A DNA stretch of 64,000 bases, from contig JBHGNT010000015.1 in the NCBI GenBank assembly GCA_043228905.1, positions 16,120,001 through 16,184,000 of the forward strand. The letters run 5' to 3'. Origin of the DNA: Azolla caroliniana. Taxonomy: Eukaryota > Plantae > Polypodiophyta. A model generated the notes under the pieces. The model was not told the DNA's origin and ran no database searches. It saw nothing but the letters and a program-made list of their open reading frames with translations. Positions 26,401 through 38,098 of this stretch are shown here, one piece after another. Position 1 is the first letter of the stretch. Each line of letters starts with the position of its first letter. The position numbers and the translations under genes are program-made.

Positions 26401-28510
26401 AAAGAGAAAGGGAAGAGGAAGGTGTCGGATTCCGGCATGGAAAGGAACGAGTCAGACCGATGCGAGTCCGACTCTGAGGGAACCGGTGACGGGTCTTTAA
26501 AGATGAAGACCGCGTCGACCGAGAAGGCCTCGACATCGGCTAATGTGAGATTACGCCGATCTACCCGCCAGAAGAATCCTGTTTTGCGGTTCGGATACAA
26601 CGAGTACATGGCGCATCATTATGCGTACATGACCCGTGTAGCGGAAGTGCGTGAACCAGAGAGCTACGCAGAAGCGGCTAAAGATGCGAATTGGCGTGCC
26701 GCGATGGAGGAAGAGATGCACGCATTGGCGGAGAACGAGACCTGGGACTTGGTTGACGCACCAAGAGGGGTAAAACCGATCGGGTGTAGGTGGGTGTACA
26801 AAGTCAAGTACAACACCGATGGCTCGGTCAACCGGTACAAGGCTCGGCTAGTGGCAAAGGGCTACGCGCAGAAACACGGCATCGGCTACGATGAGACATT
26901 TGTGTCGGTCGCGAAAATGACGACCGTCCGTGTTTTGCTCGCAGTAGCCTCGGCCAAGGGGTGGCACCTACATCAAATGGATGTAAAGAATGCGTTCCTG
27001 CAAGGTGACCTTGAGGAACAAGTGTACATGGTACAGCCCCCCGGATTTCACTCCGGAACGAACTCCTCGGCAGTATGCCGACTGAAGAAGTCCCTTTACG
27101 GACTGAAGCAAGCCCCGCATGCCTGGAACGCGAAGATCACGCAACAATTGCGTCGGATGGGCTTCGTCACGTCAAAATCGGACTCATCCCTGTTCATCCG
27201 GAAAGGTCGACTCAGACCGGTTAGTATTCTACTATATGTCGATGACTTGGTCATCACCGGCGCCGACCTAGGTGAAATCGACCGCGTGAAGCTCCAGCTT
27301 GCGGCATCGTTCGACATGAAGGATCTGGGGGACCTTCATTACTTCCTCGGGATTGAAGTGATCCGTACCCCCGAAGGCATATTGATCAGCCAACGTCATT
27401 ACGTGCTGAGTATGCTCTTCAAATTCGGGATGGCCGACTGTAAGTCTATCTCGACTCCTCTGGACAGAACCGTCAAGCTTCATCCCGATACGGGAAAGGT
27501 ATGCGACCCGACGAGGTTCCGACAAATTGTCGGAAGCCTCATATACTTGACCATCACCCGACCTGACCTCAGTTATCCGGTCGGAGTGATCAGTCAGTTC
27601 ATGGCGCAACCTACCGAGGAGCACCTTCAGTGTGCGCAACGCGTACTGCGGTACGTAAGTGGCACTAAGGACCGCGGACTGCTATATCAGACCGGTGCAG
27701 CCGCGCAGTTAGTCGGCTACACCGATGTTGATTGGGCTGGCCACACCGCCGATCGCCGATCCACGTCCGGATACGCGTTCTCCCTCGGGAGTGCCACGAT
27801 CACGTGGAGCAGTAAGAAGCAGCCGACAGTTGCACTGTCGAGCACCGAAGCTGAGTACCGAGGAGCGGCTGTCGCGACATGTGAAGCCATATGGTTGAAG
27901 CGGCTACTTAAGGACCTGCAGGTGGAGGTGTCAGATCCGACGACGATCTACTGCAACAACCTCAGTAGCATCCAGCTCGCGAAGAACCCCGTTTTCCACA
28001 CACGGACCAAGCACATTGAGGTGCACTACCATTTCGTCCGTGAGCGTCTCCTTTCCGGCGAAGTCGAACTTCAGTACGTGCCGACGGATCGGCAGACTGC
28101 CAACATCTTCACAAAGCCTCTTGGTCTGGACAAGTTGCGGCAATTCTCGGGTGCGCTCGGGTTGCGTCACCTCGACGTGCCAAACTTGAGGGGGAGAATA
28201 GTCCCGAACGACCAAGCAAGGCAACAGGATAGGAGTGTAGACCGCGACACCGAGTCCGAGTCGGTTGACTCAGTTGTCGAGTTCGACTTCGGATCGGCTG
28301 AAGAAGCCGAGGGCGGACGCACGGAAAAGTCCGAAAGCGGACAGAAGGGGAGCAGCCGAAGGAGAGAGCCGAAGCCAACCACGCATGGGGGAGATGACGC
28401 AATCAAGTGCGAGAAGACCGAAGACGAGTTGGAGACAGCCAACTCAGACGAGAGCGAAAACCAATCGGAAGTAGCCGAGTCGGTTCAGATGTTTGATTCA
28501 GACAAGTTGG
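23453..28510 (+). mobile_element. Ty1/copia element D (relative of A) nested in B; 3' LTR deleted
   Basis: 5' LTR 23453-23827; PBS TGGTATCAGAGC at 23828-23839; gag ATG at 23900; zinc knuckle CWYCGKKGHRESEC; WYVDSGVSNHM; INT; RT YVDDL; RNase H. Confidence 0.9.
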
Positions 28511-28566
28511 GTTTTAAGTTAGAGAGAGAGAAGGGGAGAGTGAAAATAAGAATGACACCAAAATGA
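23900..28566 (+). pseudogene. Gag-Pol of copia D, with premature TAG stops and a frameshift near 25455; a 996-aa INT-RT-RH ORF (25576-28566) remains open
   Basis: Stops at 24218 and 24728 (CAG/TGG>TAG) and at about 24884. A 1-bp deletion relative to A falls in the LPFPN motif. The ORF runs off into the B LTR. Confidence 0.85.
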
Positions 28567-31500
28567 GAGGGGAAAAATCTATCTCTCTTATGTGCCCCAT
28601 AAGGGGTTTTTATAGTACATAATGTAACAGTAAATAATGACGGTTATAAAAAGATAACCATTACATTATTGTCACATGCACATAATTGTGCGTGTGCTCA
28701 CACATACTCATCCTCACACATTCACATGCATATTCCATATTACACACCTTAGACTTTACACACCATACACATTACACCTTATCCATCTCGTACACCTATA
28801 CGGATAACAACAACTACGCATCTTGGTCGTATAAGATGCACCAATACCTGTTGGGACATGGCTACTGGAGTTATGTAGAAGGAGCAAACGAGGTAGTGTC
28901 GGATTTGCCACACGACGACTTCCCGGTATGGGAACAAGCAGCGAGCAGAGTGTTGTACTGTCTTGCGTCCTGTGTGCACGATCAAATGCTCGGCTACATC
29001 AGAGACGTGAAAATGCCGAAGAAAGCCTGGGAAAATCTCAAAAATAATAATCGCCGCCAGTACCAGGGCCCGGAAGTTGTAGGTCCAACAAGAGCTCAAC
29101 AACATATGGTAAAGGGACATGTTGGGAATCGACTAAAACACGAAGATAAAGGAGATTTGTGATGCACGAGGGTCCATCAACGTGATGGTGGATGAAGACG
29201 AGATGGTGCAGATATGCCTCGGTGGTCTAGCGTAGAGGTAGGGGCCAATCCAGACAACAATATGCACATGGTAGAAGCCACCATCCTTCTGCGACTTGCA
29301 ATCGATGCTGATGGTCGAAGAAAACCATGTGAGTGGGTCAAGGACCACTCAATCGGACAAGCGAATGATGTACATGGTGGCGGATCGGCCCCATGGACCC
29401 GACGAATGAGGTGGATCGACACGCAATGATGGCGGCTGACAAGAGCAGGAAAGAAGGCACAGAGGTGATGCCGACAACAGTTCGGGACCCTCCACAACCA
29501 GGGGGAGTCAAGGCAATGCCGGAACCGGCAAGGGAAAGCCGAAACGAAATGTTGGCATTGTGGCTGGAAAGGTCACTGGGAGAGTGAGTGCTGGAAGAAG
29601 GAAATCGGTAGAGATCGCATTACGTTGAAGGATCAGAAGGCTCTGATACTGGAAAAACTGGAAAGGGGCCAACCTTTGTGATGAACCACAAGGCAAACTC
29701 GATGAAGAAGACCACCTCACAATCAGACGAGGTGTGGTACATTGACTCTGGAGTTAAATCATATGACGAGCCATGAAGCATGGTTCTCGTATCTAGAGAA
29801 ACTGGAGCAACCGGGAGTGGTTGAACCCGGAGACGATACTCCGCACCCAATCGAACATGCTGATGAAGTCCCTCTCAGTCATGTCAGATAGAAGGGGAGA
29901 CTCATGAACATGCTGCATATTCCAACAATTACAAAGAACTTGGTGTCGGTCGGACAGATCGTCGACTAAGGAATGTAGGTTTGATTCACCCACCTCGGGT
30001 GCTTCATCGAGGGAGAGGGCCAAATCATTGCGCAAGGGCGCCGAGAAGGGAGGATGTTCATCCTTGACACTAACGACGTTGGCACCTCACTCTTTGCGAA
30101 GGGACAAAAAGTCGAGTTGTATATCAACTTATGGCACAAGAGGATCGACCATGTCAACTATCAGAGGCTTCAAGATATGCAGTCAAAACAAGTAGTATTC
30201 GGCTTGCTGAAATTCAGTGGTTAGAAGGCCCAAATTTGTGAAGCCTGCTAGCTTGGGAAGCGACATCGACTTCCATTCCCCAACAAGCGAAATCGGAGCC
30301 AGAACAAGCTTGACTTTATACACTTAGATGTTTGGGAACCGACACTGAATGTGAGTCTTGGTGGGAGTTGATACTTCGTCTCCTTCATCGACGACTATAG
30401 CCGGCACACGTGGATCTACCTCATTGAGAAGAAAAGCGAAACCTTTGACTGTTTCCGGAACCTAAAAAGCCTTGTCGAAAGGAAAACGCAGAGGAAGATA
30501 AAGTGTTTGAGGTTGGATGACGGAAAATAATACTTTTCCGGCCAATTCAACTGTTATTTGCAACAGATGGGAATTCAGAGAGAATTCAGTTGCAGATATA
30601 CGTCGGAGCAAAACAACATACCCGAGCGGAAGAACCAATCAATTGTGGAAGCAGCACTGGCAATGTTGGAGGAGAAGAGCATGCCCAAGTTCTACTAGGC
30701 CGAAGCGGTCTGAACTGCGATTTACATCCAAAATCGGATTGGGGAGAAGGTGTCAGTACACGAGTTGTATTTCGGGCGGATACCGAACTTATGACACCTG
30801 AGGGTATTCAGGAGTATTGCCTATGTGCATGTGCCCGACGAGAAACGAAGGAAGTTAAACCTGAAGTCGGAGAAATGCATATTAGTCGGCTACTCACATG
30901 AACAAAAGGGGTACAAGAGTTATAACCCATAAACAAAAGAAGTTCGAGTAAACTGAGATGTCAAATTTGACGAGTTGGCATCTTGGGATTCCGTATCGAC
31001 TCTGACTATGACCCCCGACAACTCCGACCACCTGATCACTAAGGATGAGGCTAGTGAACCCGACATGATTTGGGAAGAAGAAGAAGAAGAATTCTATACT
31101 TTGGAAGAGATTCCGATCTCATTCTGGTTGAGTGGGCCGAATGAGAGACAGAGTCTGATCGACTAATCAGATGAGGAGCCGACAAGTGGAGAGAACTCGG
31201 ATGTGGAACCGAGGAGACAGTTCACGCGCAAGGAAAAAGGGAAGAAGAAGATGTTGGAATACGACACCAACAAGGAAGAGTCGGATCAGAGTGAATCCGA
31301 CTCCGGAAAGAATGAAGATAGACCTTCGGAAATGAAGTCCGAGTCGGCCAAGAGGGCGCTCAAATCAGTGACTTAGAAGTTATGTTGATCTACCCCCCAT
31401 AAGAACCTCGTGATGCGGCATGGGTATAATGAATACATGGCACACCATTATGCATACATGACAAAGGTGGCGGAAGTGCGTGAGCCGGAGAGCTACGCAG

Positions 31501-33577
31501 AAGCAACAAAAGGATGCAAACTAGCGTGCCGCTATGGAGGAAGAAATGTGGACACTTGATGCCAATGACACATGGATCTGGTTGACCCTCCCTGGCACTC
31601 CAAACTGATTGACTGCAAATGGGTATACAAGGTAAAAGTATAATGCTGACGGTTTGGTCAACCGGTACAAGGACCGATTGGTGGCCAAAGTACACGCACA
31701 AACACACAGAATCGACTATGACGAGACCTTCACACCAATGGCGAAGATGACGACGGTTCGTGTGGTGCTGGTGATTGCAGTGGCAAGAGGGACGTGAAGA
31801 ATGCGTTTCTTCAAGGAGATCTTGAAGAATAGGTGTACATGGTCTAGCCATCCAGATTTTAGTCGGAGATGAACAAGTCGGGAGTGTGCCGACTCAAGAA
31901 GTCCCTTTATGGCCTTAAGCAAGCCCCTTGTGCTTGGAACTCGAAGATCACGCACCGATTACGTAAGATGGGATTTGAGGCCTCCAATTCCGACTCATCA
32001 TTGTTCATTCAGAAGGGTCCGGAAGGTCCGATGTGCATTTTGTTGTATGTCGACGACTTGGTCGTCACCGGACCCGACCTCGCTGAAATCGGCCTAGTCA
32101 AGTCCCAACTGTCGGATGCATTTGAGATGAAGGACCTGGGGGACCTTCACTACTTCCTCAGGATAGAAGTGATCCACACCCTCGAGGGCATATTGTTGTC
32201 TCAATGACATTATGTGTTGAATATGTTGTTCAAGTTCGGCATGACAAATTATCGACCCGTCTTGATTGGAATTTGAAGTTACGTCCCAACTCCGGAACGG
32301 CCTGCGACGAGAAACGGTTTCAACAAATTGTCGAAAACCTCATATACCTGACTATCACCCGACTCGACATTAGTTATCTGGCTGGAATGATCAACCAATT
32401 TATGCAGAAGCCGATCGTGAAACACCTTCAATGTGTGCATTGATTGCTACGATACATGAGTGACACTAAGGATCGCGGATTGTTGTTCCGACACGGAATA
32501 ACTGAACAATTAGTCGGTTATATTGATGCTGACTGGGCTGGGGATGCGTCAAATCGTCGGTCAACATCTGGATTTATGTTTTCTCTCGGGAGCGCGACTA
32601 TTGCATGGAGTAGCAAGAAGCAACCAACATTGGCTCTGTCAAGCATCTAGGATGAGTACAATGTAGTTACGGTCGCCACTTATGAAGCCATTTGGCTTCG
32701 GTGACTGGTGCAGGACCTCCAAATTGAAGTATCGACTCCGATCCTGATCTACTGCGACAACATCAGTAGCATGCAACTAGCCAAGAACCCTGTGTTCCAT
32801 GATCGCACAAAGCACATCGAAGTGCATTATCACTTCGTGTGCGAGCGGGTCCTGAGCGATGAAGTTGAACTCCAATATGTTCGAACCGATTGGCATGTTG
32901 CCGACATCTTCACCAAGCCACTTGGATCGGACAAGTTGCAACACTTTTCGGAGATGCTTGGGTTACAACATCTCGGTGTGCCGCACTTGAGGGGGAGAAC
33001 CGGAACAAGAACCGGGAGAACAGGTAAAGGCACAACCAGAGAGAAAGAGAATGAAACCGAAACAAGGGAAGACAAGGAGAAAAAGGGAGTTGCGTCGACT
33101 GAAGAAGTTGGCACATCCGATGAAGTCGAAACAAGCGGTAGAGTCAAGAAGAACAGAGCCGACCAAAAAATGAAGCCCAAGACCCGGACATGGTCTAATG
33201 TGGTGAAGGGCCTGAAGAATGAAGACAAATTGGAGACAACCAATTCGAATGAGAGCGGGAACAAATTGGAGGCAACTGATTCAGTTGAACAATTCAATTC
33301 GGAGGAGCCGAATCACTTGAAGGCCAAGTGGATAAGAAGGCAACGAAAGTTGACACTGACACGGAGGAGTCGACGGGTCAAGAAGCGCCGAAGTCATAGC
33401 AACGAAGGAGCTGAGATGGGCCTTATGAGCAGACAAGACGACGGAGAAGGTCATGGAAAGTGGGGCCAGATGGGTCGAGGAGCGCGAGCAAGGTGTGAAG
33501 ATGTTAGGGAAAGCTGAAAACAAGGACCGGCAAAGACTAACACAACAATTCGACCTCAAGTTGAGCTTGAGGGGGAG

Positions 33578-34047
33578 TGTTGAGCGGACTAGCTCAACAT
33601 TGCCTGGATCGGATGTATAAGCCGAGAGTCAGGTTGGATGAAGACCGATCGGCTAGGCTCGGATTGGAGAGCTGGATCGGTGTCCGGAATGGAGAGTCAG
33701 ATCGGGGTTCGGATCAGTGCGAACCGGTAGGCTGTTAGAGGCCTACGATCCCAGCCTAGTAGATCGGCATATTTTTTGGAGTTAGTGTCAGAGCTAAGTT
33801 ATGAGCATTGAAGTACTTGTCAGTACTTTTGTCGGTCCTTTTAAAGACTTGTATAAAATTGCTCTCTGAGCACATTCGATGTACAGAGTATTAAGTATTA
33901 TTTTCGAAATAGATGTTGTGTTCTACTCTCTCTCTCTCCCCATACTCTCTGTGTATTTCCAAGTGTTCCATTAAACCTTTGTTCTATTTCTGTTGCTATT
34001 TGACATAGCTGGTTGTGTCTAAGAGCTTCCGCATGTAACTCGTTACA
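33578..34047 (+). repeat. 3' LTR of copia A
   Basis: Preceded by a PPT; diverged copy of 21609-22106. Confidence 0.9.
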
Positions 34048-34094
34048 CGTTGATTGAAGGTCAAAGAATGATGGTGGATTTTCTCTTCTGATGA

Positions 34095-36532
34095 TGAGGG
34101 TTCGAAGAAAGTCCGATTAGGACAAGACTCAGTGGGCCACAAGAGCCCTTGAGTGACCAAAGCACATCTCAGCCTAGTCTGAAGATAGACAAAGGCAAGC
34201 CAAAAATGCATGAATATGAAGATGATCAATTGGACGGCAACGAATCGACTCACTCCCTCAACAGTGAGTTTGGTGGCTTCGATGTACCTATCATGAGGAC
34301 ACCTGGTGTAAAGAAAGCCCTTGCCACGGCAAACAAAAAACTCCATCGCTCCTCCCGTGAGAAGAATCTTGTTAGCCGATTCAGCTACAATGATTATATG
34401 GCATACCACTATGCCTTTATGATGAAGGTGGTGACAATTCGAGAACCATAAAGTTTTTCCGAAGCAGCCAAGGATCCACGATGGGTCGAAGCAATGAACG
34501 AAAAGATGCAAGCACTATGCAAGAACGAGACATGGGATCTCGTCCCCCACTCACCGCACAAGAAGACGATCGGCTGCAGATGGATTTACAAAGTGAAGTA
34601 TAATGCCGACGGCTCCGTAAACCGCCACAAAGCTCAACTTGTAGCGAAAGGATACGCACAAACACATGGAGTCGACTATCAAGAGACATTTGTCCCGGTG
34701 GCAAAGATGACGACTGTGTGGACCGTGATTACACTTGCAGCGGCGAAAGGGCGACACCTCCATCATATGGACATCAAGAACGCCTTTCTTCAAGGAGAAT
34801 TATAAGAGGAGGTATACATGGTACAACCACCCGACTTCGAATCCAACATTCATCTGAAAACTATCTAGCGACTGAAGAAGCCTCTCTACGGCCTTAAGCA
34901 AGCACCAAGTGCTTGGCATTCGAAGATAACACAATATTTTCATCGAATCGGCTTCCAAATGTCGAAATCCGACAACTCCCTCTACACAAGAAATGATTCG
35001 GGAAGTCCGATTGTCATCATCCTATACGTGGATGATCTGGTCATTGGAGGTGAGCATATTGTCGACATCAACAAGGTTGAGTCCCTCTTGTCTAGAAAAT
35101 TCGAGATGACAGACATGAAGGAGCTCCATTACTTCCTTGGCATCGAAGTAATTCGGACCCCAGCAGACATTATGATCTCCCAATGACACTACATCCTTAA
35201 CTTGTTATACAAGTTCGAGATGACTGAGTGTAAATCGGTTGCAACCCCTTTTGATCGAAGTCTCAAACTTGATGCTGACTCCGACACAAAAGAGTGCGAG
35301 TCGACTCAATCTCGACAACTGATTGGGAGCCTCATCTATCTCACTATCACTCGACTCGACCTTAGCTATCTGGTTGGTCTCCTCAGTCAATTCATGCAAA
35401 AACCACGAGACATTCACTTGGATTGTGCTAAGCGAGTATTACGATACGTGAGCGGCACAATGGATTGTGGTATTCTCTATGAATCAACAACACCAATTCG
35501 ACTTGAAGGGTAGACAAATGCCGACTGGGCTGACTACAGAGCCGATCGATGATCGACCTCCGGATTTGTTTTCTCCCTCAACAGCAGAGCGATTTCGTGG
35601 AGTAGCAAGAAGCAGTTGACTGTTGCACTTTCGAGCATAGAGGCCGAATACAGGGGTGCGGCTGTGGCTGCAAGTAAAGCCTTATGGCTCAAGAGGATTT
35701 TGAAGGATGTGGGCGTTCCCATCAAGGATCCGACTCCCCTTTACTACGACAACATGAGCAATATTTATCTGGCTCGGAACCTGGTGTTCCACGCATGCAC
35801 GAAGAATATTTAAGTGCATTATCACTTCATTCGCAAGCGCGTTCAGGCCGGAGATGTTGACCTTCAACACATCAACACGCACCTTCAAACAACCGACATC
35901 TTCACCAAAGCCTTAGGAGCTGATGAGCTTCAACAATTCATGTCAAACCTTGAATTGACGATCCCTAACTTGCCAAGCTTGAGGGGGAGTACAAGAGCAA
36001 ACCATATGCCATCCGAACCGGGCACCAGCCGAAGCGGACATCGGATATCGTCCGAACCAAATACTAGCCGAAGCAGACATCAACTAAAAGGAGTCAACCA
36101 AGTTGAGCTTGAGGGGGCATGTTGAGAATCAAGCTTAACACGCCCTTTGAGAATCTATAAACACTCAAAGGTCAAAAGTCACACCACTACTCTCAACACA
36201 TTAACTATGTGTCATAGAATCATATTCTATAACACATAACGAATGAGTTTCTATTGAGTAATACGCGGATTAATTTCCAGCCACAACCGAAGCGTAGATC
36301 ACTTGATGACAATCAAAACACAGATGAAATGGGAATGGAGGTAAGTACACAAAGCCGAAAGAGAATACACAGGATATTAACGTGGAAAACCCTGAGAGGG
36401 AAAAACCATAGGAGTCCACTGACTCCAAACTATCACTATATAAAATAATACAACAGGGAGCACAGAGGCAACGACCTCTTGCTCACAATCTTCGCCTAGC
36501 GGCGGTTACAACAGAGACACAATCTCTGTATA

Positions 36533-36580
<48 letters not shown>

Positions 36581-37199
36581 GCACTATACAGAAGTTACAC
36601 AAATAACTCTATCATCATCACTATTAAGTTTGCCCTAGGTCATATTTATACCAATATGACTTTCGGGCTATTTACAAATATAGTCCCGAGTGGGCTCTCT
36701 AGAACATATTTATATATATGTCCCTTCCATCCGATGAGAAGCTCTCACCGGGCCTGCAACATCCAGTTCTCACCGGGTCTTCCGTTGCCGGGTACTTGTA
36801 TCCCATCCGGATTCGGCCTCGGCCGAGTTGCTCATCAACACTGTTCTTCTCACTTCCCATCCGGAGGGGCCTGTTTCCTAACAGTTTCATATTCTCCATG
36901 ACTAATGAATCTTCACATTCCCCAAGAGAGAGTGTTTGTTATAGCGAGTTAATGAAGAGAGAGGGCGACCTTATATAAAGCAGTGAAGCACCCTCCTTCT
37001 ATGTCATAGTGTGTTGGTTGTCCTCCTTTGTAATGCCACATTTTGTAATTGATATTCTCCTTGTTAATATACAATTTTCTTCTTGAGTACTTTATTTTCT
37101 GTCTCTTATCTTGTGTCTTCTCTTCTCTCCTCTCTTTCCTCTCATGCACACATAACACACATCTCTTCCGTTGCACAAAATCATATCCGATTCTTTACA
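34095..37199 (+). mobile_element. Old copia element C: INT-RT linker, RT, RNase H and 3' LTR (36120 to about 37199, interrupted by a solo LTR)
   Basis: RFSYNDYMAYHYAFM, WIYKVKYNADGSV, ILYVDDL and FTKALG; PPT TGAGGGGGCA then TGTTGAG; many stops. Confidence 0.82.
36252..36883 (-). mobile_element. Solo LTR of the E-type copia family
   Basis: Reverse complement of TGTTAGGAAACAGG...; perfect TSD GTTTC at 36247-36251 and 36884-36888. Confidence 0.92.
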
Positions 37200-37266
37200 A
37201 TACGTTAAGAAGTAACTAGAAGGAGATTTATTATATGAGGGTAAAATTAACAAATAAAGATAGCGT

Positions 37267-38098
37267 TGTCGTGCCTTTCGGCTCCGGATCGTTGCGTGAG
37301 TCGGGTGGGAACCACAGAGGTCTTGGACTAGGAGAAAGGAGTTCGTGAGATAGAGATTAATTATGAGTAAATAGCAAAGAGAAAGATAAGAAACTCGTGA
37401 ATCACACGAGTATACTATATTAATTGGTACTTAGGGTGTTAAGAGAGAAGTAGATGTATAACTCGTGAATCCCACGAATAATTTTTTGTATTGATTAATT
37501 CTTAATCCAAAAAAATCAACAACCCTTTACATATTTCTCTCCTCCTTATATAAGGGAGGAAGAGCTAAGCATGGCTTCATGCTTTTTTTTTTTTTACAAA
37601 AAGTGTTCATGTCCACTAAATGTGCATGTGATGCTTTTTTTTTATTTCCTAAGTATAGGGCTCATGCACGCTAGATGTGCATGAGTTATTTTTGGTGTCT
37701 CGTCTTTTTCATATATTAAAAAAATACACGATTTACCTTTTAATAAAGGTATGCATAAATAAAGGTCTTATACATATTAAATCTATATTTAAAACACTTA
37801 AGATAAGTTAATGTAATGGTAAGGTTGAGGTTTGTCAACGTGGAGGTGCAGAGTTCGAATCACGCTCTGCGTAGTAGTGAGTATTTCCTTTTTTTTTACA
37901 TTTATGTCTCTTTATCCGGGTCTTCCTTGCCGGTATGCCGTTTTCTTCCTTGCCGGTATGCCGTTTTCCTCCTTGCCGGTATGCCGTTTTCCTCCTTGCC
38001 GGTATGCCGTTTTCTTCCGGTTCTCACCGAGCACTCCATTCTCTATCCGGAGGGACAAAAATATAATTTCCACATAGTGTGCAACCTACACTACGACA
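37267..38098 (-). repeat. 3' LTR of gypsy F (832 bp)
   Basis: Near-identical to 43766-44598; preceded on the minus strand by the PPT GGAGGGGGCGAG (38110-38099). Confidence 0.95.

Larger units (their letters stand above)
22265..28809 (+). mobile_element. Element B: LTR element with a tRNA-Arg-type PBS (Tat/OTA-like gypsy); coding body missing
   Basis: 5' LTR 22265-22615; PBS TGGCACGCCTGTGGGAC at 22618-22634; partial 3' LTR at about 28510-28809; TSD GCAAC/ACAAC splitting the gag of A at DRSN/YASW. Confidence 0.8.
21609..34047 (+). mobile_element. Ty1/copia element A, full length but degenerate, interrupted by B and D (22265-28809)
   Basis: LTRs 21609-22106 and 33578-34047 (TG..CA); PBS TGGTATCAAAGC at 22107; PPT TGAGGGGGAG; TSD TGTTG/CGTTG. 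Gag starts at 22211 and resumes at 28810; PR, INT, RT and RH carry many stops. Confidence 0.9.

Noticed and set aside
32708-33517. env-like gene in the copia A 3' region
   Set aside because: Fused in frame to RNase H, hydrophilic, with no signal peptide or TM segment; treated as a Pol extension.
37262-37266. 5-bp TSD AGCGT for element F
   Set aside because: It would require the terminal A at 44598 to be outside the LTR, but the other LTR (38098) shows that A is the LTR terminus; the TSD is the 4-bp GCGT.
37921-38020. 23-bp repeats here and 40-bp repeats at 58002-58170 that look CRISPR-like
   Set aside because: Head-to-tail repeats without unique spacers, inside eukaryotic LTR U3 regions; no cas genes.
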